Assembly: GCA_964386045.1 (NCBI GenBank)
Contig: CAYLRA010000010.1
Location: forward strand, 8,809-72,808
DNA length: 64,000 bases
Direction: 5' to 3'
Origin: an uncultured Verrucomicrobiaceae bacterium
Lineage (GTDB): Bacteria; Pseudomonadota; Gammaproteobacteria; Pseudomonadales; CAMLJR01
In this document: one piece after another, positions 28,324 to 43,167 of the stretch
Numbering within the stretch: position 1 is the first letter of the stretch
Layout: every line of letters starts with the position of its first letter
Translations under genes and position numbers: made by a program
The notes under the pieces: generated by a model
Seen by the model: the letters and a program-made list of their open reading frames with translations, nothing else
Database searches by the model: none
What the model was told of the DNA's origin: nothing

Positions 28324-29426
28324 GGCCGCCTGCTCTCCTGCGCCAGGACGCCATCCACCACACTGCGCTCGAACAACTTGAGCCGCGACGGCAGCAGCCG
28401 CACCAGCTGGCCGGGCTGCAGTGCCAGCTGCTCGACACGCTCGCGTGTCAGCTCTACCTCATAGTGACGACCGCTGTTGCCATTGACGCCATCGAGCTCG
28501 ACGCGGGCACTGATACCGAAAGCGAGCACGCGACTGACTCGCGCCGCAATGCCCTGGGTGGCCTCCGTATCAGTGACGATATCCAGCTCATGAGGGCGAG
28601 CGAAGGCGAACACATCGGAACCGTGCGCGGCATCGGCATTGCCGTGCGGCACCGCCTCGTCACCCACCTGCAGATGCCCCTCATCGACACGGCCATGAAA
28701 CAGATTGACCGAACCGAGGAAGCCGTAGACGAACGGCGTCTGCGGATGGCGATAGACCTCCTCCGGTGTACCGACCTGCTCGACACGGCCGTGGTCCATC
28801 AACACGACGCGATCGGCCACTTCGAGCGCCTCTTCCTGATCGTGGGTAACGAAGATGGACGTGATGTGCAGTTCGTCGTGCAGGTTGCGCAACCAGCGCC
28901 GCAGCTCCTTGCGCACCTTGGCATCGAGCGCGCCGAACGGCTCGTCGAGCAACAGTACGCGCGGCTCGACGGCGAGCGCCCGTGCCAGTGCGATGCGCTG
29001 GCGTTGTCCGCCCGACAACTGCGACGGGAAGCGATCGGCGAGCCAGTCGAGCTGCACCAGCTCCAGCAGATCGTGGACGCGCTTTTTGATCTGCGCTTCG
29101 CTCAGGCGCTGGTCGCGCGGCTTCATGCGAAGACCAAAGGCGACGTTGTCGAATACGCGCATGTGTTTGAACAGCGCGTAGTGCTGGAAGACGAAGCCGA
29201 CCTGCCGTTCGCGCACATGGGCGGCGGAGGCATCCTCGCCGTCGAGCAGCACGCTGCCCCTGTCACCACGCTCAAGGCCGGCGATGATGCGCAGCAGCGT
29301 GGTCTTGCCGCAGCCGGAGGGGCCGAGCAGCGCCACCAGCTGGCCGGTGGGAAACTCCAGCGAAACATCGTCGAGTGCAACGAAGTTGCCGAACCGCTTG
29401 TGGATATTGCGCACTTCAATGCTCAT
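28320..29426 (-). CDS. cysA: Sulfate/thiosulfate ABC transporter ATP-binding protein
   Basis: [52 protein letters not shown], Walker [10 protein letters not shown]. Confidence 0.92.
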   Translation of the reverse strand: MSIEVRNIHKRFGNFVALDDVSLEFPTGQLVALLGPSGCGKTTLLRIIAGLERGDRGSVLLDGEDASAAHVRERQVGFVFQHYALFKHMRVFDNVAFGLRMKPRDQRLSEAQIKKRVHDLLELVQLDWLADRFPSQLSGGQRQRIALARALAVEPRVLLLDEPFGALDAKVRKELRRWLRNLHDELHITSIFVTHDQEEALEVADRVVLMDHGRVEQVGTPEEVYRHPQTPFVYGFLGSVNLFHGRVDEGHLQVGDEAVPHGNADAAHGSDVFAFARPHELDIVTDTEATQGIAARVSRVLAFGISARVELDGVNGNSGRHYEVELTRERVEQLALQPGQLVRLLPSRLKLFERSVVDGVLAQESRRP

Positions 29427-29496
29427 GTTCTCTCTTCCGGAAATTCTTTACGAAATGGATTGTTGGTGTGGCATTGACCGCCAACTCCGACCGCCA

Positions 29497-30387
29497 CTAC
29501 TCGGCAGTCGCCTGTGCGGCCCGGTGCTCGACCCAGGTCTTGATCACCAGCGTCACCAGTGCCAGCAGTGCCAGCAGCGAGGCGACGGCAAACGCTGCCG
29601 CAAACTGATATTCGTTGTAGAGAATCTCGACGTGCAGCGGCATGGTCATGGTCTCGCCGCGAATGCGACCGGAGACCACCGACACCGCGCCAAATTCACC
29701 CATCGCGCGCGCATTACAGAGAATCACGCCGTAGAGCAGGCCCCACTTGATGTTGGGCAACGTCACATGCCAGAAGGTGCGCCAGCCATTGGCACCGAGC
29801 ACGACGGCAGCCTCCTCCTCCTCGCGCCCCTGCGCCTGCATCAGCGGGATCAGCTCGCGGGCGACAAACGGCACCGTGACAAAAATGGTGGCCAGCACGA
29901 TGCCCGGCACCGCGAAGATGATCTTGATGTCGTTGGCGATCAGCCAGGCACCGAACCAACCGTGCGCACCAAACAGCAGTACGTAGACCAACCCGGCAAT
30001 AACGGGCGACACCGAGAACGGCAAGTCGATCAGCGTGATCAGCAGCTGTTTGCCGGGGAACTCGAACTTGGCGATGGACCACGCCGCGGCGACACCGAAC
30101 ACCAGGTTCAGCGGCACCGAGATGACCGCGGCCAGCAGCGTCAACCGAATCGCGGCCAGCGTGTAGTAGTCGGTCAGTGACAGCCAATAGACCTCCAGCC
30201 CCTTGCGCAGCGCCTCGACAAACACCGCCACCAGCGGCATCAGCAGAAATAGCGCAAAAAAGGCCAGCGACACGGCGATCAGCAGCCACTTCACCAGCGC
30301 CGTTTCACGCGTCGCTGCGTTGATCTCAAATCGGGTGCCGCCCGCTGCGACGCTACCCCTCCCCAGCGATGAAACCGCTCCAGCCAT
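29497..30387 (-). CDS. cysW: Sulfate ABC transporter permease CysW
   Basis: Permease with an EAA-type loop; [22 protein letters not shown] is typical of CysW. Sits between cysT and cysA. Confidence 0.88.
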   Translation of the reverse strand: MAGAVSSLGRGSVAAGGTRFEINAATRETALVKWLLIAVSLAFFALFLLMPLVAVFVEALRKGLEVYWLSLTDYYTLAAIRLTLLAAVISVPLNLVFGVAAAWSIAKFEFPGKQLLITLIDLPFSVSPVIAGLVYVLLFGAHGWFGAWLIANDIKIIFAVPGIVLATIFVTVPFVARELIPLMQAQGREEEEAAVVLGANGWRTFWHVTLPNIKWGLLYGVILCNARAMGEFGAVSVVSGRIRGETMTMPLHVEILYNEYQFAAAFAVASLLALLALVTLVIKTWVEHRAAQATAE

Positions 30388-30447
30388 CTCTATCCACTCC
30401 AGAAATTATTTCCGACGACACTGATAACGTGTGACAGATGACACCGA

Positions 30448-31287
30448 TCAAACAGTTCGCCCGGTACGTTTCCCGGCCCACGCCTGCAGGCCATTGATGA
30501 TCAGCAGCAAGATGAAGGAGAACACCAGCATCACCCCGGCGATCGCGGTGGCCCCCGCATAGTCGTACTGCTCCAGCTTGCTGATGATCATCAGCGGCGT
30601 GATCTCGGAAACCATCGGAATGTTGCCGGCGATGAAAATGACCGATCCGTATTCGCCAACGGCACGTGCGAAGGCGAGCGCAAAGCCCGTCATCAGTGCC
30701 GGCAACAGCACCGGCAGCACCACGTGGCGGAAGGTCTGCCAACGCTGTGCACCGAGGCTCGCCGCCGCCTCCTCCAGCTCGGTATCGAGCTCTTCCAGCA
30801 CCGGCTGCACCGTGCGTACAACGAAGGGGAGACCAATGAACACCAGCGCAATCAGCACACCCGGCGGCGCGAAGGCGATCTTGAAACCCCATTGCGCCTC
30901 CACGACCTGGCCGATCCAGCCGTTGCGTGCATAGATGGCTGTCAGTGCAATGCCGGCCACCGCCGTGGGCAGCGCAAACGGCAGGTCAATCAACGCATCG
31001 ACGAGACGGCGACCCGGAAAGCTGTAGCGCACCAGCACCCAGGCCAGGCCGAGCCCGAACAGCGTGTTGATCGCTGCCGCCAATAGCGATGCGCCAAATG
31101 AGAGTTTGTAGGAGGCCACCACGCGCGGCGCGCTGATGGCCGCCCACAACTGCTCCAGCGACAGCTCGCTGGCGCGAATGAACACTGCCGCCAGCGGGAT
31201 CAACACGATCAGCGACAGGTAGGCCAGCGTGAAGCCCATCGTCAGGCCGAAGCCCGGCAACACGCGGAAGGTACGTACTGAAGCCAT
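30448..31287 (-). CDS. cysT: Sulfate ABC transporter permease CysT
   Basis: MASVRTFRVLPGFGLTMGFTLAYLSLIVLIPLAAVF is a typical CysT N-terminus. Internal Met of ORF 30448-31443. Confidence 0.88.
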   Translation of the reverse strand: MASVRTFRVLPGFGLTMGFTLAYLSLIVLIPLAAVFIRASELSLEQLWAAISAPRVVASYKLSFGASLLAAAINTLFGLGLAWVLVRYSFPGRRLVDALIDLPFALPTAVAGIALTAIYARNGWIGQVVEAQWGFKIAFAPPGVLIALVFIGLPFVVRTVQPVLEELDTELEEAAASLGAQRWQTFRHVVLPVLLPALMTGFALAFARAVGEYGSVIFIAGNIPMVSEITPLMIISKLEQYDYAGATAIAGVMLVFSFILLLIINGLQAWAGKRTGRTV

Positions 31288-31306
31288 GAGAAAATTCCAA
31301 AAACTC

Positions 31307-31338
31307 AAAAAAGCCAGCGGGGCTGCCATGAGCCCCGC
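31307..31338 (-). terminator. Intrinsic-terminator-like hairpin ~20 nt upstream of the cysT start codon (possible attenuator)
   Basis: The minus strand reads GCGGGGCT-CATGGC-AGCCCCGC, TGGC, TTTTTT. Lies inside the 286-bp gap between the hydrolase gene and cysT. Confidence 0.55.
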
Positions 31339-31573
31339 CGAGAGGATGGAGCGCAGTCTAGAGAGCGCACGATGAAGGGAAAAATAATTAATCGTGCATA
31401 GCTTATTCCCTGAACCGACGACGACCGCGACCCGCTCAATCAATCGGCTATATGCATATGTCAGACAATCAGCACCGCATGGCCGGCGCCGCCAGAGGCG
31501 GGCCGGATCCCTCGATGCGGGAGCAGAGTGATCCCACAGGAGCCATCAAAGAACGAGTAGAAAGCTGGAACCG

Positions 31574-32287
31574 TTATGCGTAACGGAGCGCGCCGAGCGG
31601 CGGCACCGCGCCGTCAACATTGCGATTGCCAACCGCGCGACGCATCGCCCCTAGCAACTCAAATATCAATGGCCAGCGTCCGTGCCCTGATTCCACATTG
31701 ATATGACCAGCACGGCCAGCGTCATACAGCGACAGCGCCCAGCGATCGGCCCAGAGTCTTGCGTTGGCAAAACTCATCCACGGATCATTGCGGCTGGCCA
31801 CCAACAGACCGAAGTCACAGATTTTCGCCACGGGCAATATCGACGCCACGCCAGCACCGTGCCGACCTGCAGGCACTTCATCGCCGCTGCGCGGTCCGCT
31901 CGCTGTAAAGCGCTCCGGCTCCGCCGGCGCCACCAGGATCGCGCCGGCAACCCGCTCGCGCCGACCGGCCATGGCCATCGCGCTGGCCAGGCAGCCAAAA
32001 CTGTGAGCGACCAGCCAGATACGGCCACTGCAGGCATCCATCTCGCGTCCAATCGCGGCTGCCCACTCCGCCAGAACCGGTCGCTCCCAGTCGATGCCAC
32101 CCACCCGTTTGCCGCTGGTCAGCTCTCGCTCCATCCAGCTTTGCCAGTGGTCGGGGCCGCTGCCATGAAAGCCGGGCACGATCAGCACGGTGTCACTCAT
32201 CTCGCGCGCGTTGATCGCTTCGATCGCCATCTCATCACCACCAAAAATGCGAAATGGCCCCGGCGCTGCCGCCGGAGCCACGATCAC
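31574..32287 (-). CDS. RBBP9/YdeN-family serine hydrolase (alpha/beta fold)
   Basis: VLIVPGFHGSGPDHWQSWME...WLVAHSFGC (nucleophile elbow)...VASRNDPWM...GHIN parallels E. coli YdeN. The start may be at 32230 (MAIEAIN) instead of 32287. Confidence 0.75.
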   Translation of the reverse strand: MIVAPAAAPGPFRIFGGDEMAIEAINAREMSDTVLIVPGFHGSGPDHWQSWMERELTSGKRVGGIDWERPVLAEWAAAIGREMDACSGRIWLVAHSFGCLASAMAMAGRRERVAGAILVAPAEPERFTASGPRSGDEVPAGRHGAGVASILPVAKICDFGLLVASRNDPWMSFANARLWADRWALSLYDAGRAGHINVESGHGRWPLIFELLGAMRRAVGNRNVDGAVPPLGALRYA

Positions 32288-33301
32288 TTACTGAGCGTAG
32301 ATCTTGTCGAAGAAGCCACCGTCGGCGAAGTGCTCCTTCTGTGCCTTCTGCCAGCCGCCAAACGCGCCGTCGATGGTGATCAGCTCCAGTTTCGGGAAGC
32401 GCGCCAGATCTTTCGGGTCGGCGTGCTCCGGCAGCTGTGGCCGGTAGTAGTGCTTCGCCGCCAGTCGCTGGCCTTCCGGTGAATAGAGATATTCGAGATA
32501 AGCCTTGGCCACCTCCGTGGTGCCATGCTTCTGCGCCACGGCGTCGACGACGGTCACCGGCGGCTCGGCCAGGATCGACAACGACGGCACGATGATCTCG
32601 AAGTTCTCCGGGCCCAGCTCGTTGATGGCGAGGAACGCTTCGTTCTCCCACGCCAGCAGCACGTCGCCGACACCGCGCTGCACAAAGGTGTTGGTCGACC
32701 CGCGTGCGCCGGAGTCAAGCACGGTGACGTTCTTGTAGAGCTTGCGCACGAACTCCTGCGCTACCGTCTCATCGTTGTTGTTGTGGTGCAGCGCGTAGCC
32801 CCAGGCAGCCAGGTAGTTCCAGCGGGCACCACCGGAGGTCTTCGGATTGGGCGTGATCACGCCGATCCCCGGCTTCACCAGATCGTCCCAGTCCTTGATG
32901 TTTTTCGGGTTGCCCTTGCGCACCAGGAAAACGATGGTCGAGGTATACGGCGAACTGTTGTGTGGCAACCGCTTCTGCCAATCCTTGGGGAACTTGCCGG
33001 TCAGCGACGCGATCTCGTCGATGTCGTAGGCCAGCGCCAGCGTGACGACATCGGCCTCCAGGCCATCGATAACGGCGCGCGCCTGCGTGCCGGCACCGCC
33101 GTGCGACTGCTTGAGCCGTACATTGTCACCCGTCTTCTTTTTCCAGTGATCGCCGAATGCCTTATTGAATTCGACGTAAAGCTCGCGGGTCGGATCATAC
33201 GAGACGTTGAGCAGCTCGTAGCTCTTGCCGGCGGCGAGGCCGTGGCTGGCGGCGAGAACCGCCGCTGCCAGCAACGTGTGTTTTGCAATTTTCTTCAACA
33301 T
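32288..33301 (-). CDS. sbp: Periplasmic sulfate-binding protein
   Basis: [24 protein letters not shown] signal, then [21 protein letters not shown]...[29 protein letters not shown]. Internal Met of ORF 32288-33391. Confidence 0.9.
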   Translation of the reverse strand: MLKKIAKHTLLAAAVLAASHGLAAGKSYELLNVSYDPTRELYVEFNKAFGDHWKKKTGDNVRLKQSHGGAGTQARAVIDGLEADVVTLALAYDIDEIASLTGKFPKDWQKRLPHNSSPYTSTIVFLVRKGNPKNIKDWDDLVKPGIGVITPNPKTSGGARWNYLAAWGYALHHNNNDETVAQEFVRKLYKNVTVLDSGARGSTNTFVQRGVGDVLLAWENEAFLAINELGPENFEIIVPSLSILAEPPVTVVDAVAQKHGTTEVAKAYLEYLYSPEGQRLAAKHYYRPQLPEHADPKDLARFPKLELITIDGAFGGWQKAQKEHFADGGFFDKIYAQ

Positions 33302-33344
33302 GACCAACTCCTGGGATGAAATATTCAATGGGATGGGATAACCA

Positions 33345-34424
33345 TCAGAAACTGTGGGAGACACCGATACCGAAGGTGCTGTCGGTGACATCGGCGATCG
33401 CGGCAGGGGTTACGAACACCGCATCGTCGACCTCGATCTGGCTCCAGTAGGCGTAGAGCACGCTCTGCTTGGCCAGCGCGTAGTCGACGCCGAGCGCGGC
33501 CAGCGTCCCTTTGCGACCCGAAACATCACCCTCACTGGCGCCGTACTGCGCCTTGAGCTTGATGCGATCGATCTTGTAGGCGCCGCTGACCAGCCAGCTG
33601 TCGTCCTGGCCGCTGCTGCCGGGGGCGACATCCTCGGCGCGCTGCAGCAGCAGGCCGAGTTCGAGGTTGCCGAACCTGGCGCCGCCGACGGCGCGGATGA
33701 TGTCGGCGCGCACGATGTTGTCGAGCGAGCGGCGGGCGGCCTGGTCGGTGTCATAGGCCAGCGCGCCGTACCAGGTGCCGTCGTCGTAGACGGCCGAGAA
33801 CGAGTAGCTGTCGAGGCCGTCGTCGTTGCTGGCATCGCCGTCGCCGTCGGCGTCGTAGTTGGTTTCAGCCGTGACGAAGGCGGCATTGAGAACGAGAGCA
33901 CCGCCAAGCAGTTTCGGCGTGCTGTACTGCACGATGTCGTTGACACGGTTCTGGCCGCCGATCAGCCAGTCGAGGTCGCCGCGCAGGTCGTTGAACTGGT
34001 CGACCTTGCCTTCGGCCGCCTTCAGCGGGGTGTCGAATTTTCCGAAGATCACCTGACCGAAACCACCCTGCAGGCCACCGAAGGTGTTGCGCTGTGAAAA
34101 GGCGCTGTCGCCGCTGGTGCCATCGTCGACATTGAGCTCGTATTCAAGCTGGTAGATCGCCTTCAGGCCGTGTACGTCGAGGTCGAACGAACCCTTTACA
34201 CCGAGGCGCGAGGCGTTGGAGTTGAGCTGCAGCTCATCCTGCGGATGCGACGGCCCGATGGTGCCATTCGCCACCGTGCGGTAGGCACCTTCGTGATCGA
34301 CGCTTTCGAGCGAGACATTGACACGACCATAAACAGTCGGACCGACCACTTCCGCAGCGGCAATGAGCGGCAGGGAAGCTGCGATGAGTGCGGCGAGGGT
34401 TTTCTTCTGAAACAGCGATTGCAT
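33345..34424 (-). CDS. Gram-negative general porin (Porin_4-like)
   Basis: Signal peptide [34 protein letters not shown] start, alternating beta-strand pattern, and C-terminal ...FGIGVSHSF. Confidence 0.8.
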   Translation of the reverse strand: MQSLFQKKTLAALIAASLPLIAAAEVVGPTVYGRVNVSLESVDHEGAYRTVANGTIGPSHPQDELQLNSNASRLGVKGSFDLDVHGLKAIYQLEYELNVDDGTSGDSAFSQRNTFGGLQGGFGQVIFGKFDTPLKAAEGKVDQFNDLRGDLDWLIGGQNRVNDIVQYSTPKLLGGALVLNAAFVTAETNYDADGDGDASNDDGLDSYSFSAVYDDGTWYGALAYDTDQAARRSLDNIVRADIIRAVGGARFGNLELGLLLQRAEDVAPGSSGQDDSWLVSGAYKIDRIKLKAQYGASEGDVSGRKGTLAALGVDYALAKQSVLYAYWSQIEVDDAVFVTPAAIADVTDSTFGIGVSHSF

Positions 34425-34529
34425 TGCGATTGCCCCATGTTGTGGTTTCTGTGGGAGGCAATCTAGCGAGGCAGCCGGGCAATCCTAACCAAGAAAAAAT
34501 GGATTACAAATGAGGAATAAGCTTATGAA

Positions 34530-35102
34530 TCAACTGAACCGATCGCGCAGCAGTTCAAACGCGGCACGCACTTCGAAGAAGCGTTGTGCATCGCCGCCAC
34601 GATCCGGGTGGCTGGCACGCGCAAGACGGCGGTACCGCGCCTGCACGTCGGGCCATGCCGCGGTCGGCGCCAGATCCAGCACGGCAAACGCGGCCTGCAC
34701 CCGGTCGGTCGCGTGGAAACGGCGCCAGAAACCATCGAGCAACACGCGCACCTCGTCGCCGCCGGTGCGTTCGAATTCACTCCAGTCGAGATAGTAGTCG
34801 CGCAGCCTGTTTTCATCGCCGGCCTGCAGTGCCTGTCGGTCGGCTTCGCCATCGAGCGAGCGCAGCTCGATCGCCAGCGGCGAGATCGACAGCCATAGCT
34901 GCTCCTCCTGCCACAGCGTCGCCTGCAACTGGTAGAGCGCGTTCATCACCAGGAAATGTTTCTGGAACAGCGCCAGCTCGCCAGTCTCGGCCAGCGGCGG
35001 CAGTTCGCTTTCCACCTGCTTCAGCAGTTGATACTCGCTGAGGCCCAGTGGTTCGCGGCGCAGCACTTCCAGTACGGGAAGCAGCAGCGGGTTGATCATC
35101 AA
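34530..35102 (-). CDS. DnaJ-related protein with C-terminal J domain
   Basis: C-terminal [35 protein letters not shown] (HPD motif). N-terminal winged-helix-like segment as in the 'DNA-J related' family. Confidence 0.7.
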   Translation of the reverse strand: MMINPLLLPVLEVLRREPLGLSEYQLLKQVESELPPLAETGELALFQKHFLVMNALYQLQATLWQEEQLWLSISPLAIELRSLDGEADRQALQAGDENRLRDYYLDWSEFERTGGDEVRVLLDGFWRRFHATDRVQAAFAVLDLAPTAAWPDVQARYRRLARASHPDRGGDAQRFFEVRAAFELLRDRFS

Positions 35103-35203
35103 GTGTGCTCCCGAACGATGATGGCTCGCGGTGGCGGCGTCACGCCGTGCTGCGTACCATGCCGAGCCGCCGCCACCTTCTGCAACTCTTCGCGAGTCAC
35201 GCC

Positions 35204-36541
35204 ATGCAACCGCCTGCCGACAGACCGGCCTCCGTCAGCTTTGCCGAGGCATTCCGCTTCTGGCTGAAACTCGGCTTCATCAGCTTCGGCGGGCCGGCCG
35301 GGCAGATCGCGATCATGCACGAGGAGCTGGTGGAGCGGCGGCGCTGGATCAGTGAGCGCCGCTTCCTGCACGCGCTGAACTACTGCATGTTGCTGCCGGG
35401 GCCGGAGGCGCAGCAGCTCGCCATTTATATCGGCTGGCTGCTGCACCGGACCTGGGGCGGTATCGTCGCCGGAGCCCTGTTCGTGCTGCCGTCGCTGTTC
35501 ATCCTGATCGCGCTGTCATGGCTCTATATCGCCTACGGCGACGTGCCACTGGTGGCCGGCATCTTCTACGGCATCAAGCCGGCGGTGACGGCGATCGTGC
35601 TGCAGGCGGCGCACCGCATCGGTTCACGCACGCTGAAAAACAGCTGGTTGTGGGCGATCGCCGGTGCCGCCTTTGTCGCCATCTTTGCGCTGAACCTGCC
35701 GTTTCCACTGATCGTGCTCGGCGCCGGTGCCATCGGTTATGTCGGCAGACGCTACGCGCCGGAGAAGTTTGCCGTCGGCGGCGGCCACGGCAACACCAGG
35801 GCGTCATACGGGCCGGCCGCCATCGACGACGACACGCCGCGCGCCACACACACCCATTTCCGCAAATCGCATCTATTGAAGATCGCCATCGTCGGCGGGC
35901 TGTTGTGGCTGCTGCCAATGGGCGCGCTGACGGCAGTATTCGGCTGGCAACACACACTGACGCAGATGGGCTGGTTCTTCACCAAGGCGGCGCTGCTGAC
36001 CTTCGGCGGCGCCTACGCGGTGCTGCCCTATGTCTATCAGGGCGCGGTGACGCACTACGGCTGGCTGACACCGACGCAGATGATCGACGGCCTAGCGCTC
36101 GGCGAGACCACGCCGGGGCCGCTGATCATGCTGGTCGCCTTCGTCGGCTTCATCGGTGCCTATGTGCAGGCGCTGTTCGGCGCGCAGTGGCAGTTCGCCG
36201 CCGGCGCGCTGGCCGCCGCGCTGGTCACCTGGTTCACCTTCCTGCCATCGTTTCTATTTATTCTCGCTGGCGGCCCACTGGTGGAGTCGACCCGCGGCAA
36301 TCTCAGCTTCACCGCGCCACTGACCGGTATCACCGCCGCCGTGGTCGGCGTCATCGCCAACCTCGCGCTGTTCTTCGCGTATCACGTCATCTGGCCGCAG
36401 GGCTTCGGCGGCACTTTCGACCTGGTCTCCGCACTGATCGCGCTCGGCGCCGCAGCCGCGCTGCTGGTGTTCAAACGCGGTGTGATCGAGACGTTGAGCA
36501 TCTGTGCTGCGATTGGGCTGGCTGTGACGTTGCTGCGCTGA
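35204..36541 (+). CDS. chrA: Chromate efflux transporter ChrA (long form)
   Basis: [57 protein letters not shown], with a second CHR half [15 protein letters not shown]. Start at the internal Met of ORF 35105-36541. Confidence 0.88.
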   Translation: MQPPADRPASVSFAEAFRFWLKLGFISFGGPAGQIAIMHEELVERRRWISERRFLHALNYCMLLPGPEAQQLAIYIGWLLHRTWGGIVAGALFVLPSLFILIALSWLYIAYGDVPLVAGIFYGIKPAVTAIVLQAAHRIGSRTLKNSWLWAIAGAAFVAIFALNLPFPLIVLGAGAIGYVGRRYAPEKFAVGGGHGNTRASYGPAAIDDDTPRATHTHFRKSHLLKIAIVGGLLWLLPMGALTAVFGWQHTLTQMGWFFTKAALLTFGGAYAVLPYVYQGAVTHYGWLTPTQMIDGLALGETTPGPLIMLVAFVGFIGAYVQALFGAQWQFAAGALAAALVTWFTFLPSFLFILAGGPLVESTRGNLSFTAPLTGITAAVVGVIANLALFFAYHVIWPQGFGGTFDLVSALIALGAAAALLVFKRGVIETLSICAAIGLAVTLLR

Positions 36542-36554
36542 CACCTGCCTTATC

Positions 36555-36648
36555 GAATTCAGGCATCGACGCATTTACGTGAAGCACATCGTCAGTCATG
36601 CCGATTACGACAAACTTTGTAAACGATACGCGAAGGGAGGTATGTGGA
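36555..36648 (+). pseudogene. higB: 3'-terminal remnant of a higB (HigB_toxin family) gene
   Basis: The frame of ORF 36579-36761, read upstream, gives ...FRHRRIYVKHIVSHADYDKLCKRYAKGG. This resembles the HigB C-terminus (E. coli ...QKCYIREVMTHKEYDFF; family consensus ..IRFIGTHAEYDKI). The N-terminal ~80% is missing, the chrA stop is at 36541, and there is no in-frame stop before higA. Confidence 0.5.
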
Positions 36649-37065
36649 ATGCGTTTTGCCGCGATCAAAACCAAAGCGCGCGACCTATTTTCGGAAGCGA
36701 CTTTTATCAGCCATATCGACAGCGATGCAGATTACCAGCAGGCACTCGCGCTGATGGATGAGCTGATCGAAGACTACGATGCCAACGAACCGCTGATCGG
36801 CATTCTGTCAGCGTCCATTGGCGAGTGGGAGAACACCGCCGATGAGCTCGCCGAGTTCAATGCGCGTATTTCCAACCTGGACGCCGGCGTTGCAACACTC
36901 AAGGTATTGATGGAGCAGCACCACCTCGGCGTTGCGGATCTACCGGAAATCGGCAGCAAGTCGCTGGTGTCGAAAATCCTGAACAACCGAGGCCGCACCC
37001 TGACCAAGGCTCACATCTCTGCCTTGAGCAAACGGTTCGGCGTCAGCCCTGCACTGTTTTTTTGA
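36649..37065 (+). CDS. higA: HigA-family antitoxin (XRE HTH)
   Basis: 138 aa. DYQQALALMDELIE...LAEFNA...LKVLMEQHHLGVADLPEIGSKSLVSKILNNRGRTLTKAHISALSKRFGVSPALFF aligns along its length with E. coli HigA (...DLPEIGSKSMVSRVLSGKRKLTLEHAKKLATRFGISPALF). Confidence 0.8.
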   Translation: MRFAAIKTKARDLFSEATFISHIDSDADYQQALALMDELIEDYDANEPLIGILSASIGEWENTADELAEFNARISNLDAGVATLKVLMEQHHLGVADLPEIGSKSLVSKILNNRGRTLTKAHISALSKRFGVSPALFF

Positions 37066-37136
37066 TGCTCTACTGCTTCTGTTCATTGGTGTTTGGGCAA
37101 AAGGAAAGACGGTATCTGACTCCGTCGTGTGCAAGC

Positions 37137-41286
<4,150 letters not shown>

Positions 41287-41306
41287 CGGTGGATTCCTGA
41301 ATTGGG

Positions 41307-42590
41307 TCATTGCGGCAGCGGCTCGGCCGTCAGCTGTTCGATCAGCGCCTGGTTCAGCAGCGCGGTGGTGGCGGCGTCGATGACGGCGAAACGCGCGTCG
41401 AGCAGTTCGCGCTGGGCGGCGACCCAGTCGACATAGCTGTAGCGGCCGCGCTCGTAGGCTTCGCGCGTCTGCAATTGCGCCCGTTCCAGCGCCGGCAGCA
41501 GTTCCGCGCGCATCATCGCGACCGCCTCGACGCTGTGGCGGTGGGTCTGCCACGCCGCGAACAGCCGCGCGCGCAGCTGGCGCAACGCCACTTCCCGCTC
41601 CGTCTCGACGGCATCGCGCCCGGCGAGCGCGGCCTGTACCTCGCCGCGATTGCGCCGGCCGGCGAACAGCGGCGCCGAGACGCCGACGGTCAGCGCCGCG
41701 TCGTCGGTCGCCGCGAAGTGGCGCACGCCGAGACTCCACTGCACGTTGCTGCTCGACTGGCTGCGCGCCAGCGCCAGTTCGGCATCGCGCAGCCGCGCCT
41801 CGCTGGCGAAGACGGCCAGCGCCGGCGTCTGCGCGACGCGCCGGTAGAGCGTGTCGAAGTCGACGGCCGGCTCGAACTGGAACAGATCGCCGGAGAGCTG
41901 CAGGAAATCCGCCCGCTCATCTCCCCACAGTGCCGCCAGTTCATAGCGGCTGCTGCCGAACTGCGCACCGAGCGCCGCCTGGCGCAGCCGCGCCTGGATC
42001 AGCGCCGCCTCGGCGCGCAGGCGCTCGGCCTCGGGCGCCGCACCGCGCTCGACGCGCTGACCGACCAGCGCCAGCGAGGTCTCGGCCAGCCGCGTCGCGT
42101 CGGCCGCCACCGCCAGTTGCTGCTGCAGTGCCAGCGCGGCGACGAAGTGCTGCGTGACCTGCCCCAGCAGATCGAGCGAGCGCGCCTCGCGCTCGGCCTG
42201 TACCCGCGCGAAACGCGAGTCGGCCAGCGCGACGCGCGATGCACGCTGGTCGCCCAGTTCGATGACGGAGGAGAGCGACAGCGTCAGCTCGGCGCTGTCG
42301 GTGCCGGTGTAGTCGCCACCGCCAAGAACATTCTCGACGCTGACGCCAACCTCGACAGGTGGCGCCAGCGCGGCCGACTGACGCAAGCCGTCGACGGCCC
42401 GCAGGCGCCACTGGAACAGTTGCAGTTCGGGATTGTTCGCCAATACGCGGCGCGTCGCTTCGGTCAGCGACAGCGATCCAGGGGCGGGGGCAGAGACGGG
42501 TTCGGCCAGCGCCGCATTCAGCGGCAGCGATACGACCAGTAACGGAAGAAGCACGCGCGCGCAGCATCGCGCAACAGCGAAAAAAGCCAT
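41307..42590 (-). CDS. czcC: Outer-membrane efflux protein, CzcC/TolC family
   Basis: LSLTEATRRVLANNPELQ... and two OEP repeats, 427 aa, directly upstream of czcB. Confidence 0.85.
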   Translation of the reverse strand: MAFFAVARCCARVLLPLLVVSLPLNAALAEPVSAPAPGSLSLTEATRRVLANNPELQLFQWRLRAVDGLRQSAALAPPVEVGVSVENVLGGGDYTGTDSAELTLSLSSVIELGDQRASRVALADSRFARVQAEREARSLDLLGQVTQHFVAALALQQQLAVAADATRLAETSLALVGQRVERGAAPEAERLRAEAALIQARLRQAALGAQFGSSRYELAALWGDERADFLQLSGDLFQFEPAVDFDTLYRRVAQTPALAVFASEARLRDAELALARSQSSSNVQWSLGVRHFAATDDAALTVGVSAPLFAGRRNRGEVQAALAGRDAVETEREVALRQLRARLFAAWQTHRHSVEAVAMMRAELLPALERAQLQTREAYERGRYSYVDWVAAQRELLDARFAVIDAATTALLNQALIEQLTAEPLPQ

Positions 42591-42662
42591 GGGGAAAACC
42601 CTGTTGTCGTTAAACCAACGGTGTGGAAAACGCGAAGAACAAAAACGCGAAAAACAACAGGA

Positions 42663-43100
42663 TCAGACGATCGGGGGGCGGTCGATGGAGGCGGTGCGGG
42701 AGAGCAGGGGAAGATGCAGGTCGAGCGGCGGCGTGTCGCCCGTCGCATGTGCCGGCAGCGCGAAGCGGCTGGTCGGCAGTGCCAGATGCGAACCATGCCC
42801 CTGACACTGGCAGCAGTAGTCGCAGCTGTTTGCATGACTGTCAGTGCGATGGCTGTCAGTGCGATGGTTGTCGGCGAGATGATTGCCGGCGTCGACACGG
42901 CCATCGCCCGCTGCCGGCGCGGCGGCGTGCTCGGCGCCATGTTGATCGACCGCTGCAGCCAGCTCGCCATGACGATGATCGACGGCGCGCGGCGTGAGAT
43001 CGGTACAGCTTTCGGCGGCGACGAAAATGCACTGCAACAGCATCAGCGCGACCAGTAGTCGCGCCGTCGTTGCCATCACTGTGCGAATCGCTTCGATCAT
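42663..43100 (-). CDS. Small Cys/His-rich protein upstream of czcC (CzcI/CopL-like accessory protein, tentative)
   Basis: MIEAIRTVMATTARLLVALMLLQCIFV (signal/TM), HLADNHRTDSHRTDSH, CDYCCQCQGHGSH. Internal Met of ORF 42663-43334, which would otherwise overlap the next gene. Confidence 0.55.
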   Translation of the reverse strand: MIEAIRTVMATTARLLVALMLLQCIFVAAESCTDLTPRAVDHRHGELAAAVDQHGAEHAAAPAAGDGRVDAGNHLADNHRTDSHRTDSHANSCDYCCQCQGHGSHLALPTSRFALPAHATGDTPPLDLHLPLLSRTASIDRPPIV

Positions 43101-43167
43101 TGCCTGCCTTCGTCTCGGTCCGCCCCGGCCGGAGCCGTGCGAGCGTAGCACAGCCATCGAATCGTCA

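Noticed and set aside
36579-36761. 60-aa ORF (MKHIVSHADYDKL...) as a real small gene
   Set aside because: Only its first ~20 codons resemble anything (the HigB C-terminus). It then reads through the higA start out of frame. It is interpreted as a toxin-gene stump, not an intact gene.
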